From an uncultured bacterium (GTDB lineage Bacteria > Bacillota_I > Bacilli_A > RFN20 > CAG-826), in the NCBI GenBank assembly GCA_949283025.1, contig CASDRB010000005.1, forward strand, positions 23,588 to 87,587: a stretch of 64,000 bases of DNA, in the 5' to 3' direction. Position numbers and translations under genes: made by a program. Of the stretch, positions 10,448 through 19,856 are shown piece after piece; position 1 is the first letter of the stretch; each line of letters starts with the position of its first letter. A model generated the notes under the pieces. It searched no databases, had not been told where the DNA came from, and saw only the letters and a program-made list of their open reading frames with translations.

Positions 10448-10625
10448 GGAAATTGATTTTGAAAAATCACTTAAAAAACTTGATGAAATAATCGAAAAAA
10501 TTTCTTCTCAATCATCGACAATTGACGAAAGTTTAAAGATGTATGAAGAAGCAAAAAGCATCATTAACGAACTTCAAAATGCATTAGACGAGGTCAAAGG
10601 AAAAATAGAAACAGTGCTTAAATAG
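10437..10625 (+). CDS. xseB: exodeoxyribonuclease VII small subunit
   Basis: 62 aa coiled-coil protein (FEKSLKKLDEIIEKI..) directly after xseA with an overlap. Confidence 0.85.
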   Translation: MKNKEIDFEKSLKKLDEIIEKISSQSSTIDESLKMYEEAKSIINELQNALDEVKGKIETVLK

Positions 10626-10643
10626 CAATAAAAAGTTAAAAAA

Positions 10644-10659
10644 TAGTATTTATTTAGTA
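10644..10659 (+). repeat. intergenic TAGTA-N6-TAGTA motif copy D (TAGTATTTATTTAGTA), overlapping the dxs start codon
   Basis: See the motif-family finding. The second TAGTA ends in the A of the dxs ATG. Confidence 0.45.
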
Positions 10660-12509
10660 TGAAAGAAAAAAAGATTCAAATAGACATCAAACAAATTAAT
10701 GATCCTAATATAGTCAAAAGCATTCCGTATAAACAATTAGGTAATTTTAGCGATGAGATTAGGAGATATATTATTCAATCTGTTTCAAAAAATGGTGGGC
10801 ATCTTGCCTCCAATTTAGGGACTGTAGATGCAACTATTTCATTGTGTCGTTGCTTTGACTTTTCAAAAGATAAAATACTATTTGATGTCGGCCATCAATC
10901 ATACACTTATAAAATATTAACAGGTCGGTCATTAGATAATTTAAGACAAAAAAATGGTATTAGTGGTTTTCAAAAAATTAAAGAATCAACTTATGATGTT
11001 TTTGAAGCCGGACATTCATCTACTTCAATTAGCGCCGCTAATGGTATGGCAATTGCTAGAGATTTGAAAGATGAAGATTACAATATAATCGCCTTTATAG
11101 GTGATGCATCCATTGTTAGCGGGTTAGCCTTTGAAGGATTAAACAACGTTTCACAAGGGAATCATAAAATAATTATCATTTTAAATGATAATAACATGTC
11201 TATTTCTAGGCCGATAGGCGGCATGGGAAGATTTTTAAAACGAATTTCGCATAGCGCTGTTTATACAAGCGCAAAAGAAAAATATAAGCGTATTTTATTA
11301 AAAACAAGAATTGGTAACAAAATATATAATGCAAGTTTTCGCTTTAAAAATCGTATAAAACACTTTCTTGTTCCAGTCACCATTTTTGACAATATGGGAT
11401 TTAAATACATCGGACCAGTTTTCGGTCATGATTTTAAAGCGATGGATAAAGCTTTTTTAAAAGCAAAAAAACAAAAAAATTCTGTTGTTGTCCATTTAAG
11501 AACAATTAAAGGGAAGGGTTATAAATACTCTGAAAATGACAAAATCGGTGATTGGCACGGAGTAAAACCATTTGATATAAAAACAGGCTTATCCATTGAG
11601 CAAGATAAAACAGCTTCTTGGAGTAAAATTTATGCTGATATTGTGCATGATGCAATGTCTAAAAATCAAAATTTAGTGGTTATAAATCCCGCCATGGTTA
11701 ACGGGTCTTCGCTTCAAAATATATTTAAAGATTTTAAAAAACGTTGTTTCGATGTAGGTATTTCTGAAGAACATGCCTTTACAATGGCCAGCGGTGTATC
11801 ACTAAATGGTCTTCATCCAATTATTTCGATTTATTCAACGTTTTTGCAACGCGGATACGATGAGATGTTGCACGATGTCATTCGGATGAATTTAAATTGC
11901 ACAGTTTTAATCGATAGATCCGGATTATGTGGAAACGACGGAGATACGCATTTAGGAATTTTTGATGAAAGTTTAATATATAACTTGCCAGGAAATGTCA
12001 TAACAATGGCAAGTAATCCTAAACAAGCCAAAACATTATTTATTGAATCAATTAGTAGTAATCACGGACTTTTTGCTATTAGATATCCAAAAGAAAATAT
12101 TTTTATTGATGATAATGATAAGATTGCAAATTTTGCTGAATGGAACAAAATTTTAGATTATACTGGCGCCAAAAAATGTGTAGTCGGTGTCGGTCCAAAT
12201 ACAATTAGATTATGTAAACTAATTTCTGATAGTAATAAAAATGTTGATGTTTATGAGGCTGTGTATCAAAAACCTTATAATTTTGTCTATATCAATGAAT
12301 TAAAAAAATATTCCGAAATTATTGTTTATCAAAGTTATGCTACTAAACATGGTTTTGTTGATGATCTTACAATTAAACTTTATCAATCAAATTATAAAGG
12401 CAAACTTGTTTTAAAATATGTACCAGATCAATTTATCAACGAAGCCTCCATACAAGAACAATTAAAAGATTTAAAATTGTTGCCAGAAGATATTTTTGAG
12501 CTTTTATAA
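10659..12509 (+). CDS. dxs: 1-deoxy-D-xylulose-5-phosphate synthase
   Basis: 616 aa. TPP motif GDASIVSGLAFEGLNN, GGHLASNLG, Dxs-typical N-terminus. No SD visible upstream. Confidence 0.88.
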   Translation: MKEKKIQIDIKQINDPNIVKSIPYKQLGNFSDEIRRYIIQSVSKNGGHLASNLGTVDATISLCRCFDFSKDKILFDVGHQSYTYKILTGRSLDNLRQKNGISGFQKIKESTYDVFEAGHSSTSISAANGMAIARDLKDEDYNIIAFIGDASIVSGLAFEGLNNVSQGNHKIIIILNDNNMSISRPIGGMGRFLKRISHSAVYTSAKEKYKRILLKTRIGNKIYNASFRFKNRIKHFLVPVTIFDNMGFKYIGPVFGHDFKAMDKAFLKAKKQKNSVVVHLRTIKGKGYKYSENDKIGDWHGVKPFDIKTGLSIEQDKTASWSKIYADIVHDAMSKNQNLVVINPAMVNGSSLQNIFKDFKKRCFDVGISEEHAFTMASGVSLNGLHPIISIYSTFLQRGYDEMLHDVIRMNLNCTVLIDRSGLCGNDGDTHLGIFDESLIYNLPGNVITMASNPKQAKTLFIESISSNHGLFAIRYPKENIFIDDNDKIANFAEWNKILDYTGAKKCVVGVGPNTIRLCKLISDSNKNVDVYEAVYQKPYNFVYINELKKYSEIIVYQSYATKHGFVDDLTIKLYQSNYKGKLVLKYVPDQFINEASIQEQLKDLKLLPEDIFELL

Positions 12510-12556
12510 ATAAAAGATGTGTTGGTTAACATAATTTATTGTGCTAAAATATTAAT

Positions 12557-13744
12557 ATGAGCAAAATTATCGTTCATATTGATTTAAATTATTTCTTTGT
12601 AAGATGCGAGGAAATTAAAGATCCTACATTGCAAGGCCAACCTGTTGCTGTCGGTCATCAAGGTCGAGCCGGAATCGTTTCAACATGTTCTTATAAAGCG
12701 CGCGAATATGGTGTTAAATCTGGAATGCCGATGTTTCAAGCAATAGAAAAATGTCCTAATTTAATTATTAAACCTGTCGATTTTGATTTTTATGGCGTTT
12801 TATCGCGCGAATTTATTTTGTATGTTTTATCTTTTACAAAAAAAGTAGAAGTAGCATCAGTAGATGAATGCTATGCTGATTTTAGTGATGTTTTAAAAAA
12901 CGAAAAAGATCCAATTGGTTTTTTAAAAAAATTTCAAAAAGGATTGTTCGATAAAACAAAATTATATTGCTCAATTGGCGTATCGACTAATAAGTTTTTG
13001 GCAAAGATGGGATCTGATTATAAAAAGCCTAACGGGATCACTATTTTAAGGCAAAAAGATTTTAAAAAAATTATTTATCCTATCCAAATTGCTAATATGT
13101 ATGGGATTGGGAAAAAAACCGCTCCAAGACTTCAAAGTTATGGAATTAAAACAATAGGAGATTTGGCGGATAAAATTAATTCCGATGACAACGATATTAA
13201 AAATTTATTAGGTAAATTTTATTTTACAGTAAAAGATTGGGTTAATGGAAAAGGCGATGATGAAATAAAATATGATAGCGACGAAAGTGTAAAATCGATC
13301 GGAACCTCAACTACATTACCAAACGATAGTAATGACTACGAAGAATTTAGAAATGTTTTAAAAATGTTATCTTTTGATGTTTCTAGAAGAGCAAAAAAAG
13401 AAAATAAATTAGGAAAAACTATCACTTTAACTTTAAAAGATACAAATTTCATCAGTCAGACTAAAGCTTTGACTATCAAAAATCCAACAAATAACGGAAA
13501 CGATATTTTTAATTACGCCTTAGATATTTTAGAAAAATGTTATGATGGTCGATTAATGAGATTGCTTGGTGTTACTTTATCAAATCTTATAGATATTAAA
13601 GACATCGCAATCCAAATGACTTTTTTTGATTACAAAGATGCAGAAGAAGACTCTAAAACCAAATTATTGATTAATGATTTAAATCGAAGATTATCAAAGC
13701 CAATGTTAATTAGGGCTTCACAAATAAATAAAAAAGGAGAGTAA
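12557..13744 (+). CDS. dinB: DNA polymerase IV (Y-family)
   Basis: N-terminus IVHIDLNYFFVRCE and palm motifs (SVDECYADF). 395 aa. Confidence 0.85.
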   Translation: MSKIIVHIDLNYFFVRCEEIKDPTLQGQPVAVGHQGRAGIVSTCSYKAREYGVKSGMPMFQAIEKCPNLIIKPVDFDFYGVLSREFILYVLSFTKKVEVASVDECYADFSDVLKNEKDPIGFLKKFQKGLFDKTKLYCSIGVSTNKFLAKMGSDYKKPNGITILRQKDFKKIIYPIQIANMYGIGKKTAPRLQSYGIKTIGDLADKINSDDNDIKNLLGKFYFTVKDWVNGKGDDEIKYDSDESVKSIGTSTTLPNDSNDYEEFRNVLKMLSFDVSRRAKKENKLGKTITLTLKDTNFISQTKALTIKNPTNNGNDIFNYALDILEKCYDGRLMRLLGVTLSNLIDIKDIAIQMTFFDYKDAEEDSKTKLLINDLNRRLSKPMLIRASQINKKGE

Positions 13745-13746
13745 AT

Positions 13747-14637
13747 ATGGACATATTCCAAGCTCAAGATCTATATGCCAAGCATATCATCAGCGAAAAA
13801 GGTCTTTCAATTCAAACCGCAAAGAATTATATGGATGACATCACTCATTTTTTAAAAGATGTTCGCCAAATACAAACAACAGAAGAAATATCAAGCGATG
13901 ATTTGGAGTTGTTTTTAAAATATGAAATGCAGACTGGGAAATCTATTTCTACGAGCGTAAGGAGGCTTTCTTCTTTAAAAGGATTTTATTTATTTTTATT
14001 AAAGGAAGATATTATTCATATCCAAATTGAAGAAGTTATTACGCCAAAAAAACCTTTTCATCTTCCTGTTTGTCTTTCATTTGAGCAAATAGAATCGTTG
14101 TTAGATGCTCCTGATATGAAAAAGCCTGATGGAATACGCGATAAAGCAATGTTGGAAACTATGTATGCGTCAGGATTAAGAGTAAGCGAATTAATTATGT
14201 TAAAAAGAGCAAATGTCGATTTAAAACATCATCTAATAAATATTGCTGGAAAAGGATCTAAACAACGAATTGTTCCAATTGGTGAATTCGCGTGTGATTA
14301 TATAAAAAAATATATCGATGAGGTTAGATCATTGAATCCAAATAAAAAAAGCGAATACTTGTTTTTAAGTAAATACGGCGATTATTTATCTAGACAATAT
14401 TTCTTTAAACAAGTTAAAAAATATGCCTTAAAATCTGGAATTAAAGAAAATATCTCGCCTCATACTTTAAGACACTCATTTGCTACTCATCTATTAGAAA
14501 ATGGAGCTGATTTAAGAATCGTTCAAGAAATGTTAGGTCACACAAATATATCAACTACCCAAATATATACTCATTTATCTTCTAAACGAATCATTTCGGC
14601 TTATGATTCTTTTATGAAGAATGGCAATAATAAATAA
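13747..14637 (+). CDS. site-specific tyrosine recombinase, XerC/XerD family
   Basis: Catalytic R..HxxR..Y signature (LRHSFATHLLENGADLRIVQEMLGHTNISTTQIYTHL). AAAGGAG SD. Confidence 0.85.
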   Translation: MDIFQAQDLYAKHIISEKGLSIQTAKNYMDDITHFLKDVRQIQTTEEISSDDLELFLKYEMQTGKSISTSVRRLSSLKGFYLFLLKEDIIHIQIEEVITPKKPFHLPVCLSFEQIESLLDAPDMKKPDGIRDKAMLETMYASGLRVSELIMLKRANVDLKHHLINIAGKGSKQRIVPIGEFACDYIKKYIDEVRSLNPNKKSEYLFLSKYGDYLSRQYFFKQVKKYALKSGIKENISPHTLRHSFATHLLENGADLRIVQEMLGHTNISTTQIYTHLSSKRIISAYDSFMKNGNNK

Positions 14638-14718
14638 GCATATAAGTAGATTTTTTTAATATTTGGTATTATATTAAAATATTCGAAGGAGGTTTATGAT
14701 TTTAGTCAAAAAAAGAAT

Positions 14719-15918
14719 ATGAAAGAAAAATTTAAAAGAATATTTGTAATTGTGGCTGATAGTGTTGGAATTGGCGCCGAACCAGATGCTCATCTATATG
14801 GTGATGAAGGGTCTAACACAATTGTTCATACTGCTGAAAAATGCAATGGTTTAAATATACCAACCATGAATTCTCTTGGCATTGCCGATTTAGATAATAT
14901 TTTGGGAACGCATCAAGTTTTACACCCCAATTCTTTTGTATGCAAATCACAAGAGGCTAGTGTAGGCAAAGATACGATGACCGGACATTGGGAAATGATG
15001 GGCGTATTGACTACATCTCCATTTGTTACATTTACTGACACTGGTTTTCCAAAAGAATTGATTGATGAATTAGAAGAAAAAACTGGACATAAAGTGATTG
15101 GAAATTATGCAGCTAGTGGCACCGAGATTATTAAAGAATTAGGTGAGCAACAAATGAAAGAAAATAGTTTGATTGTTTATACATCGGCTGATAGCGTACT
15201 TCAAATTGCTGCCTCTGAAGAAGTAACCGGACTTCAAGAACTATATCGTTGTTGCGAAATAGCTCGAGAAATATGCATGAAGCCAGAATACAAGGTTGGA
15301 AGAATTATTGCTAGACCATATGTTGGAAAAACTAAAGAGACATTCAAAAGAACTGCTAATCGTCATGACTTGGCACTTAAACCTCCGCATAAAACTGTAA
15401 TGAATATCATGCAAGAAAATAACTACATGGTTAGTTGCGTTGGCAAAATTGGTGATATTTTTGATGGTTATGGTGTTGTAAAAACTCAAAAAACAATTTC
15501 AAACGACAACGGAATGGATATAACGATTAATGAGGCTATAGATTCAAGTTTCAAAACCGGTATGTGCTTTGTTAATTTGGTTGAATTTGATTCTGAATAT
15601 GGACATCGTCGCAATCCGATTGGATATGGAAAAGCTTTAGAAGAATTTGATATTAAACTTAATCAATTAATTAAAGTGCTTCGCGATGATGATTTGTTGA
15701 TTGTGACCGCTGATCATGGCAACGATCCTACTTGGCATGGAACCGATCATACACGCGAAAAAATTCCACTCTTGATTTATTCTAAATCAATAAAAAACGG
15801 AAAATTAATTCCTGAACGTTTATCATTTGCTGATATCGGAGCGACGATATTAAAAAACTTCAGCATTGATAAGCCGGATTATTTAATTGGGAAGCCAATA
15901 GACGAATTATTTAATTAA
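14719..15918 (+). CDS. deoB: phosphopentomutase
   Basis: 399 aa. Alkaline-phosphatase-like metal site (IVADSVGIG, TADHGND). Confidence 0.88.
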   Translation: MKEKFKRIFVIVADSVGIGAEPDAHLYGDEGSNTIVHTAEKCNGLNIPTMNSLGIADLDNILGTHQVLHPNSFVCKSQEASVGKDTMTGHWEMMGVLTTSPFVTFTDTGFPKELIDELEEKTGHKVIGNYAASGTEIIKELGEQQMKENSLIVYTSADSVLQIAASEEVTGLQELYRCCEIAREICMKPEYKVGRIIARPYVGKTKETFKRTANRHDLALKPPHKTVMNIMQENNYMVSCVGKIGDIFDGYGVVKTQKTISNDNGMDITINEAIDSSFKTGMCFVNLVEFDSEYGHRRNPIGYGKALEEFDIKLNQLIKVLRDDDLLIVTADHGNDPTWHGTDHTREKIPLLIYSKSIKNGKLIPERLSFADIGATILKNFSIDKPDYLIGKPIDELFN

Positions 15919-15937
15919 ATATAAAACGGAGTGACAA

Positions 15938-16900
15938 ATGAAAACAAAATTATTTTTACCTTTAACTTTATTTAGCATCATTTTATCTGGATGCGACAAA
16001 TCAAATTCAAATATTGAAAATTATATGAAGGTCATCTCGCCAGCTGGTGCTCCGGCTATTGCTTTTTATGATCAGGCGCTGAGCAACACATTCGAGACAA
16101 ATTCGACAACATCAAATGTTTTAGCACAACTGTCAAATGATGATTATGGAATGGTGGTATTTGATTTTTATAATGGGTTAAAATCAATTAAAAAGAATAA
16201 CTCTCCGTATAAACTAGCAAAAATAATCACTGGTGGGAATTTATATTTAGTTGGTATTGACACTGATAAAGAACCAACAAAAGATAGCAAAATTGTTTCA
16301 TTTGGGGAAAATTTAATTCCAGATTTGGCATTTAAACATATATATGGTGAAGAAATTGCTAACGCCACTAAATATGTTAATGCGGTAAGTGACGCTGGAG
16401 CTGTTTTAGCAAGCGGAATGCACGAAGGCGAAAAGGTCGACTATGTCGTAGTTGCTCAACCTGTTTTGTTTAGCGTCATGAATAATCAAAATGCTCCAAC
16501 ATATGGAAAATTAAATGTAATTTCATGCTTTAAGGATGAATGGAAAGAAAAAACTGGTCAAGACGCTATTCCGCAAGCTGGCGTTTTTGTTAATTATGAT
16601 TATTATGTTAACCATAAAAATTATTTTGAAGAACAATTTGCGCTTTTAGATGAACGTATAGAAACCGCAATTGATGATCCACTAACTGTTAAGACTACTA
16701 TGGACGAACAACTTCCAAACTTAGATGATCAAGCGGCCTTTTTTGGTTTTAATTCTAATGTTGCGTACAATGTACAATCAAATAAAGACACTCCAAATGG
16801 TTTTGCTTTAGTAAGACCAGATGAAACAGTTGATATAAATGCTTTTTTTACTGTGTTAGGAGTAGAAGAAGATTATTCTGATTATATTTTAACTAAATAA
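15938..16900 (+). CDS. ABC transporter substrate-binding lipoprotein (NitT/TauT/NMT1-like)
   Basis: Lipobox LSGC after the signal peptide. About 320 aa periplasmic-binding-protein-like. Adjacent to the permease gene. Confidence 0.6.
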   Translation: MKTKLFLPLTLFSIILSGCDKSNSNIENYMKVISPAGAPAIAFYDQALSNTFETNSTTSNVLAQLSNDDYGMVVFDFYNGLKSIKKNNSPYKLAKIITGGNLYLVGIDTDKEPTKDSKIVSFGENLIPDLAFKHIYGEEIANATKYVNAVSDAGAVLASGMHEGEKVDYVVVAQPVLFSVMNNQNAPTYGKLNVISCFKDEWKEKTGQDAIPQAGVFVNYDYYVNHKNYFEEQFALLDERIETAIDDPLTVKTTMDEQLPNLDDQAAFFGFNSNVAYNVQSNKDTPNGFALVRPDETVDINAFFTVLGVEEDYSDYILTK

Positions 16901-16908
16901 TTGATTTT

Positions 16909-17685
16909 ATGAAAAAGCAAACACTACATGATTTAACAAATAATAAATGGTATAAATTCATTTTATTGTTGGTTGGAATTTCATTAGTGTTTTTAATTTG
17001 GTATATAATTTCCATTGCAATTTCTAATCCATTATTTCCAGGACCGCAAGTGGTTATCCCTGTTTTTTTCAAAAAAACATTAGTATTATCAACATATGAA
17101 GCCATATTTTATACATTATTAAGGCTTATTTTATCGTTTTCGATTAGTTTTGTTATTGCTTTTATTTTTGGCATTTTGGGCGGTCTATTTAAAACTATTA
17201 ATCTTATTTTAAAACCAATTGTCACTGTTTTAAGAACGATACCGACAGCAGCTTTAATTTTAATCTTAATAGTTTTGCTAAAGCCGACTAATGCGCTAAT
17301 AATTATTGTCTTTCTTATTATGTTTCCAATTTTATATGATGCAATCGCGACAGGTTTAATAAATGTTGATGAAAATATTAAAAAAGCTTTAAGAATAGAT
17401 TCTGGTTTACATAATCCAAAAGCTATTTTTAAAGTTATGCTACCTTGTTCGTTCCCGTATATTTTATTAGGAATTGTCCAAACGATCGGACTTGGCATGA
17501 AAGTTTCTTTGATGGCAGAAATTTTAGTCGGAAATAATTCTATTCCCGGACTCGGGATTTTGATTAAAATGTCTTATCAATATGCTTATATGGATGAAGT
17601 ATTTGCTTATTCGATATTTGCTATTATATTAATCGGCATCATTGATATAATACTTTCAACCGCAAAAAAGAAAATAAATAATTAA
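16909..17685 (+). CDS. ABC transporter permease (binding-protein-dependent transport inner-membrane component)
   Basis: 6 TM helices. EAA-like loop (ALRIDSGLHNPKAIFKVMLPCSFPYIL). Confidence 0.75.
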   Translation: MKKQTLHDLTNNKWYKFILLLVGISLVFLIWYIISIAISNPLFPGPQVVIPVFFKKTLVLSTYEAIFYTLLRLILSFSISFVIAFIFGILGGLFKTINLILKPIVTVLRTIPTAALILILIVLLKPTNALIIIVFLIMFPILYDAIATGLINVDENIKKALRIDSGLHNPKAIFKVMLPCSFPYILLGIVQTIGLGMKVSLMAEILVGNNSIPGLGILIKMSYQYAYMDEVFAYSIFAIILIGIIDIILSTAKKKINN

Positions 17686-17734
17686 AATAGAAATTTGAAA
17701 AGAAACTCTCCTATAAATAGTAGGAGGTTTTTTA

Positions 17735-18273
17735 TGGAAAATAATCAAATGAAATTTAAAACAGAACAAATTTATCAATCGATGATATCGCTGCAAGAAA
17801 AAAATGAAGTAATTAAAAAAATGGCTAATCAAGCTGAATGGATGAAAAGACAATTAGAATATATGATCTATTCATTAAGTCACAAAGTAAAATACAACTT
17901 AAGAAAAGGTGATATATTAGAAATTGATTGGGGCGTTAACGTTAATGCTGAATTTTCAAACAGACATTATGGTGTAGTTTTGCTTGATTCGAATGAAAAT
18001 AATCCATTAGTATTAGTTTGTCCATTAAAAAGTAATCATAAAGGAGCGCATCCAAAATCAGATTTAGATCTTGGAATAATTGAAGGACTAAAACACGGCA
18101 CGACAACATTAGCGGTTATAAATCAAATAAGAATGATTGATAAAATGAGAATTTATGTTCGCAAAATCATCAACGGAAAAGAATGCGAAAACGATAATTT
18201 AACGATGCCAAAAATTTATATTGATAAGATTATTAACTCATATAAATTATTGGTTGAGGGGAGATTATCATAA
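17735..18273 (+). CDS. MazF/PemK/Kid-fold protein (putative endoribonuclease toxin) with about 55-aa N-terminal helical extension
   Basis: RKGDILEIDWG..VVLLDS..LVLVCPLKS..INQIRMIDKMRI matches Kid/MazF (ERGEIWLVSL..VPVTS..DQPRTIDMKAR). AGGAGG SD before ATG 17735. Confidence 0.7.
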
Positions 18274-18277
18274 ATAT

Positions 18278-18298
18278 ATTAGTAGTTTTCTAGTAGTT
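18278..18298 (+). repeat. intergenic TAGTA-N6-TAGTA motif copy A (ATTAGTAGTTTTCTAGTAGTT)
   Basis: Starts 4 nt after the stop codon. See the motif-family finding. Confidence 0.5.
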
Positions 18299-18463
18299 AT
18301 TTATATAATATTTTTATGTGGATAAACTATAAAATTATTTAATAACAAGATTTTAATTTTATATATTAAACACAAAATATATTAGTTTCAATCAATATTT
18401 TTTATATTTTAGTTAACATAATAGACATTATGCGAAGTTTATATTTTTTATTATTTACAAATA

Positions 18464-19567
18464 TTAATCCAAATAAAATTTAAAACATTCCAAAGTTAGT
18501 TTATTAGCTATATCTTTTCCATTTAAAATTAAAAAGGCTCTATTCTCTTTTAGCACAAATTTAAAACCTTCGTCTAAATTATTCATCAGTGAGCAAATCA
18601 TTTCTTTAGAATCATATCCTCTTAACGGATCAACTTTATCTGCGGCATAAACTGCTTTACCAATCGAACTCATGTTCGCTTTCCCTGTCGCATGGAATCT
18701 TATTGCATCTAATATACTTTCATCATTGATATTAAAATCATGTTGTGCGATATAGGCAGAATAAAATTGATGATATAGTTTTTTATCTATTGGCATGTAT
18801 TTGGAATATTTATTTTCGATATCGCTGATAATACTTTTTGGTATGTTTTTTCCTATATCGTGCAGCAATCCAGCAATGTAATATTTATTTGATTGACCAA
18901 TTTTATTCTGACTCGCTATTTTTTTTGCTAACATAGCAACAGATTTACTATGGTTAAATCTTTTTTCATCAATATATGTTTTTACTTTTTCTAAAAAATA
19001 TAAATTGTGATCGTTAATATATTCTAAAACGCTATCACAGACATCAATGTCTTGCAAATTTCTAATTTCATTCGATGATGCATCCACCATTTTTACATCT
19101 TTTAATGTTTCGAAATGATATTTATTAAAATTTTCCAAATTAAAATGACAATTAGGACGAGGATAATGAAGCAATCTAATTGAAGATGCAATTTCTTCAG
19201 CATTTTTCCACAAGTGAAATTTATCTAATTGATCTGTACCTAATAAAAAGTATAAGTCAATATTTTCTTTTTCATATTTATTTAAAAAATATCTTACTGA
19301 CAAATATGTATAATCAGGACCAATTTGCTTTAATTCAAAATCATCAACGAATAGGTTAACATAATCTTTAATAGCAAGTTTAATCATTTCAATTTTGTCG
19401 CAAGGATTAGAAGATCCAATTTTCCAAACACTTTCTTTATTAGGTAAAAAAATGATACAGCAAACATTTGGACCACCTAAAACACGTTGAGTTTCCAGTG
19501 CCATATTGATATGTCCATTATGGATAGGATCAAACGATCCACCAAAAATAACTATTCTTTTTTTCAT
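18464..19567 (-). CDS. nadD: fused nicotinate-nucleotide adenylyltransferase (NadD) / HD-domain YqeK protein
   Basis: N-terminal GGSFDPIHNGH nucleotidyltransferase motif. C-terminal HD domain (LLHDIGK). Both sit in one 367-aa ORF. Confidence 0.8.
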   Translation of the reverse strand: MKKRIVIFGGSFDPIHNGHINMALETQRVLGGPNVCCIIFLPNKESVWKIGSSNPCDKIEMIKLAIKDYVNLFVDDFELKQIGPDYTYLSVRYFLNKYEKENIDLYFLLGTDQLDKFHLWKNAEEIASSIRLLHYPRPNCHFNLENFNKYHFETLKDVKMVDASSNEIRNLQDIDVCDSVLEYINDHNLYFLEKVKTYIDEKRFNHSKSVAMLAKKIASQNKIGQSNKYYIAGLLHDIGKNIPKSIISDIENKYSKYMPIDKKLYHQFYSAYIAQHDFNINDESILDAIRFHATGKANMSSIGKAVYAADKVDPLRGYDSKEMICSLMNNLDEGFKFVLKENRAFLILNGKDIANKLTLECFKFYLD

Positions 19568-19854
19568 AGAATATGTTTAATTCCTGGTTTTTTGCTTTTA
19601 CGGTAAAAAGTTATTACTCTGCCAACAATTTGTACTATTTCACAATTGATATTACTAGATATATCAAAAGCAATTTCATTAATCTCTTTGTCAGCGTTTT
19701 TTAAAACACTGACTTTAATTAATTCATGTGCTTCTAAAGCTTTATCAAGCAAAATTAAATTATTATTTGTTAAGCCGTTTTTTCCAACTTGATATTTGCT
19801 TTCAATTGTATTAGCGTGCGATTTCAATTTTTGCTTATCGATTGTGGTTAACAT
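19564..19854 (-). CDS. yhbY: YhbY/CRS1-family RNA-binding protein
   Basis: 96 aa. CRM-domain signature (KSHANTIESKYQVGKNGLT..VKVSVLKNA). Conserved yqeH-yhbY-nadD order. Confidence 0.8.
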   Translation of the reverse strand: MLTTIDKQKLKSHANTIESKYQVGKNGLTNNNLILLDKALEAHELIKVSVLKNADKEINEIAFDISSNINCEIVQIVGRVITFYRKSKKPGIKHIL

Positions 19855-19856
19855 AA

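Noticed and set aside
12510-12556. LexA/Cheo SOS box upstream of dinB
   Set aside because: No GAAC-N4-GTTC or CGAACATATGTTCG-like site is present. Only a GTTAAC hexamer.
18317-18325. Perfect DnaA box TGTGGATAA (and TTTTCCACA at 27034-27042) as a possible oriC
   Set aside because: Single boxes of this kind are expected by chance in 64 kb. There is no dnaA/dnaN neighbourhood and no cluster of boxes.
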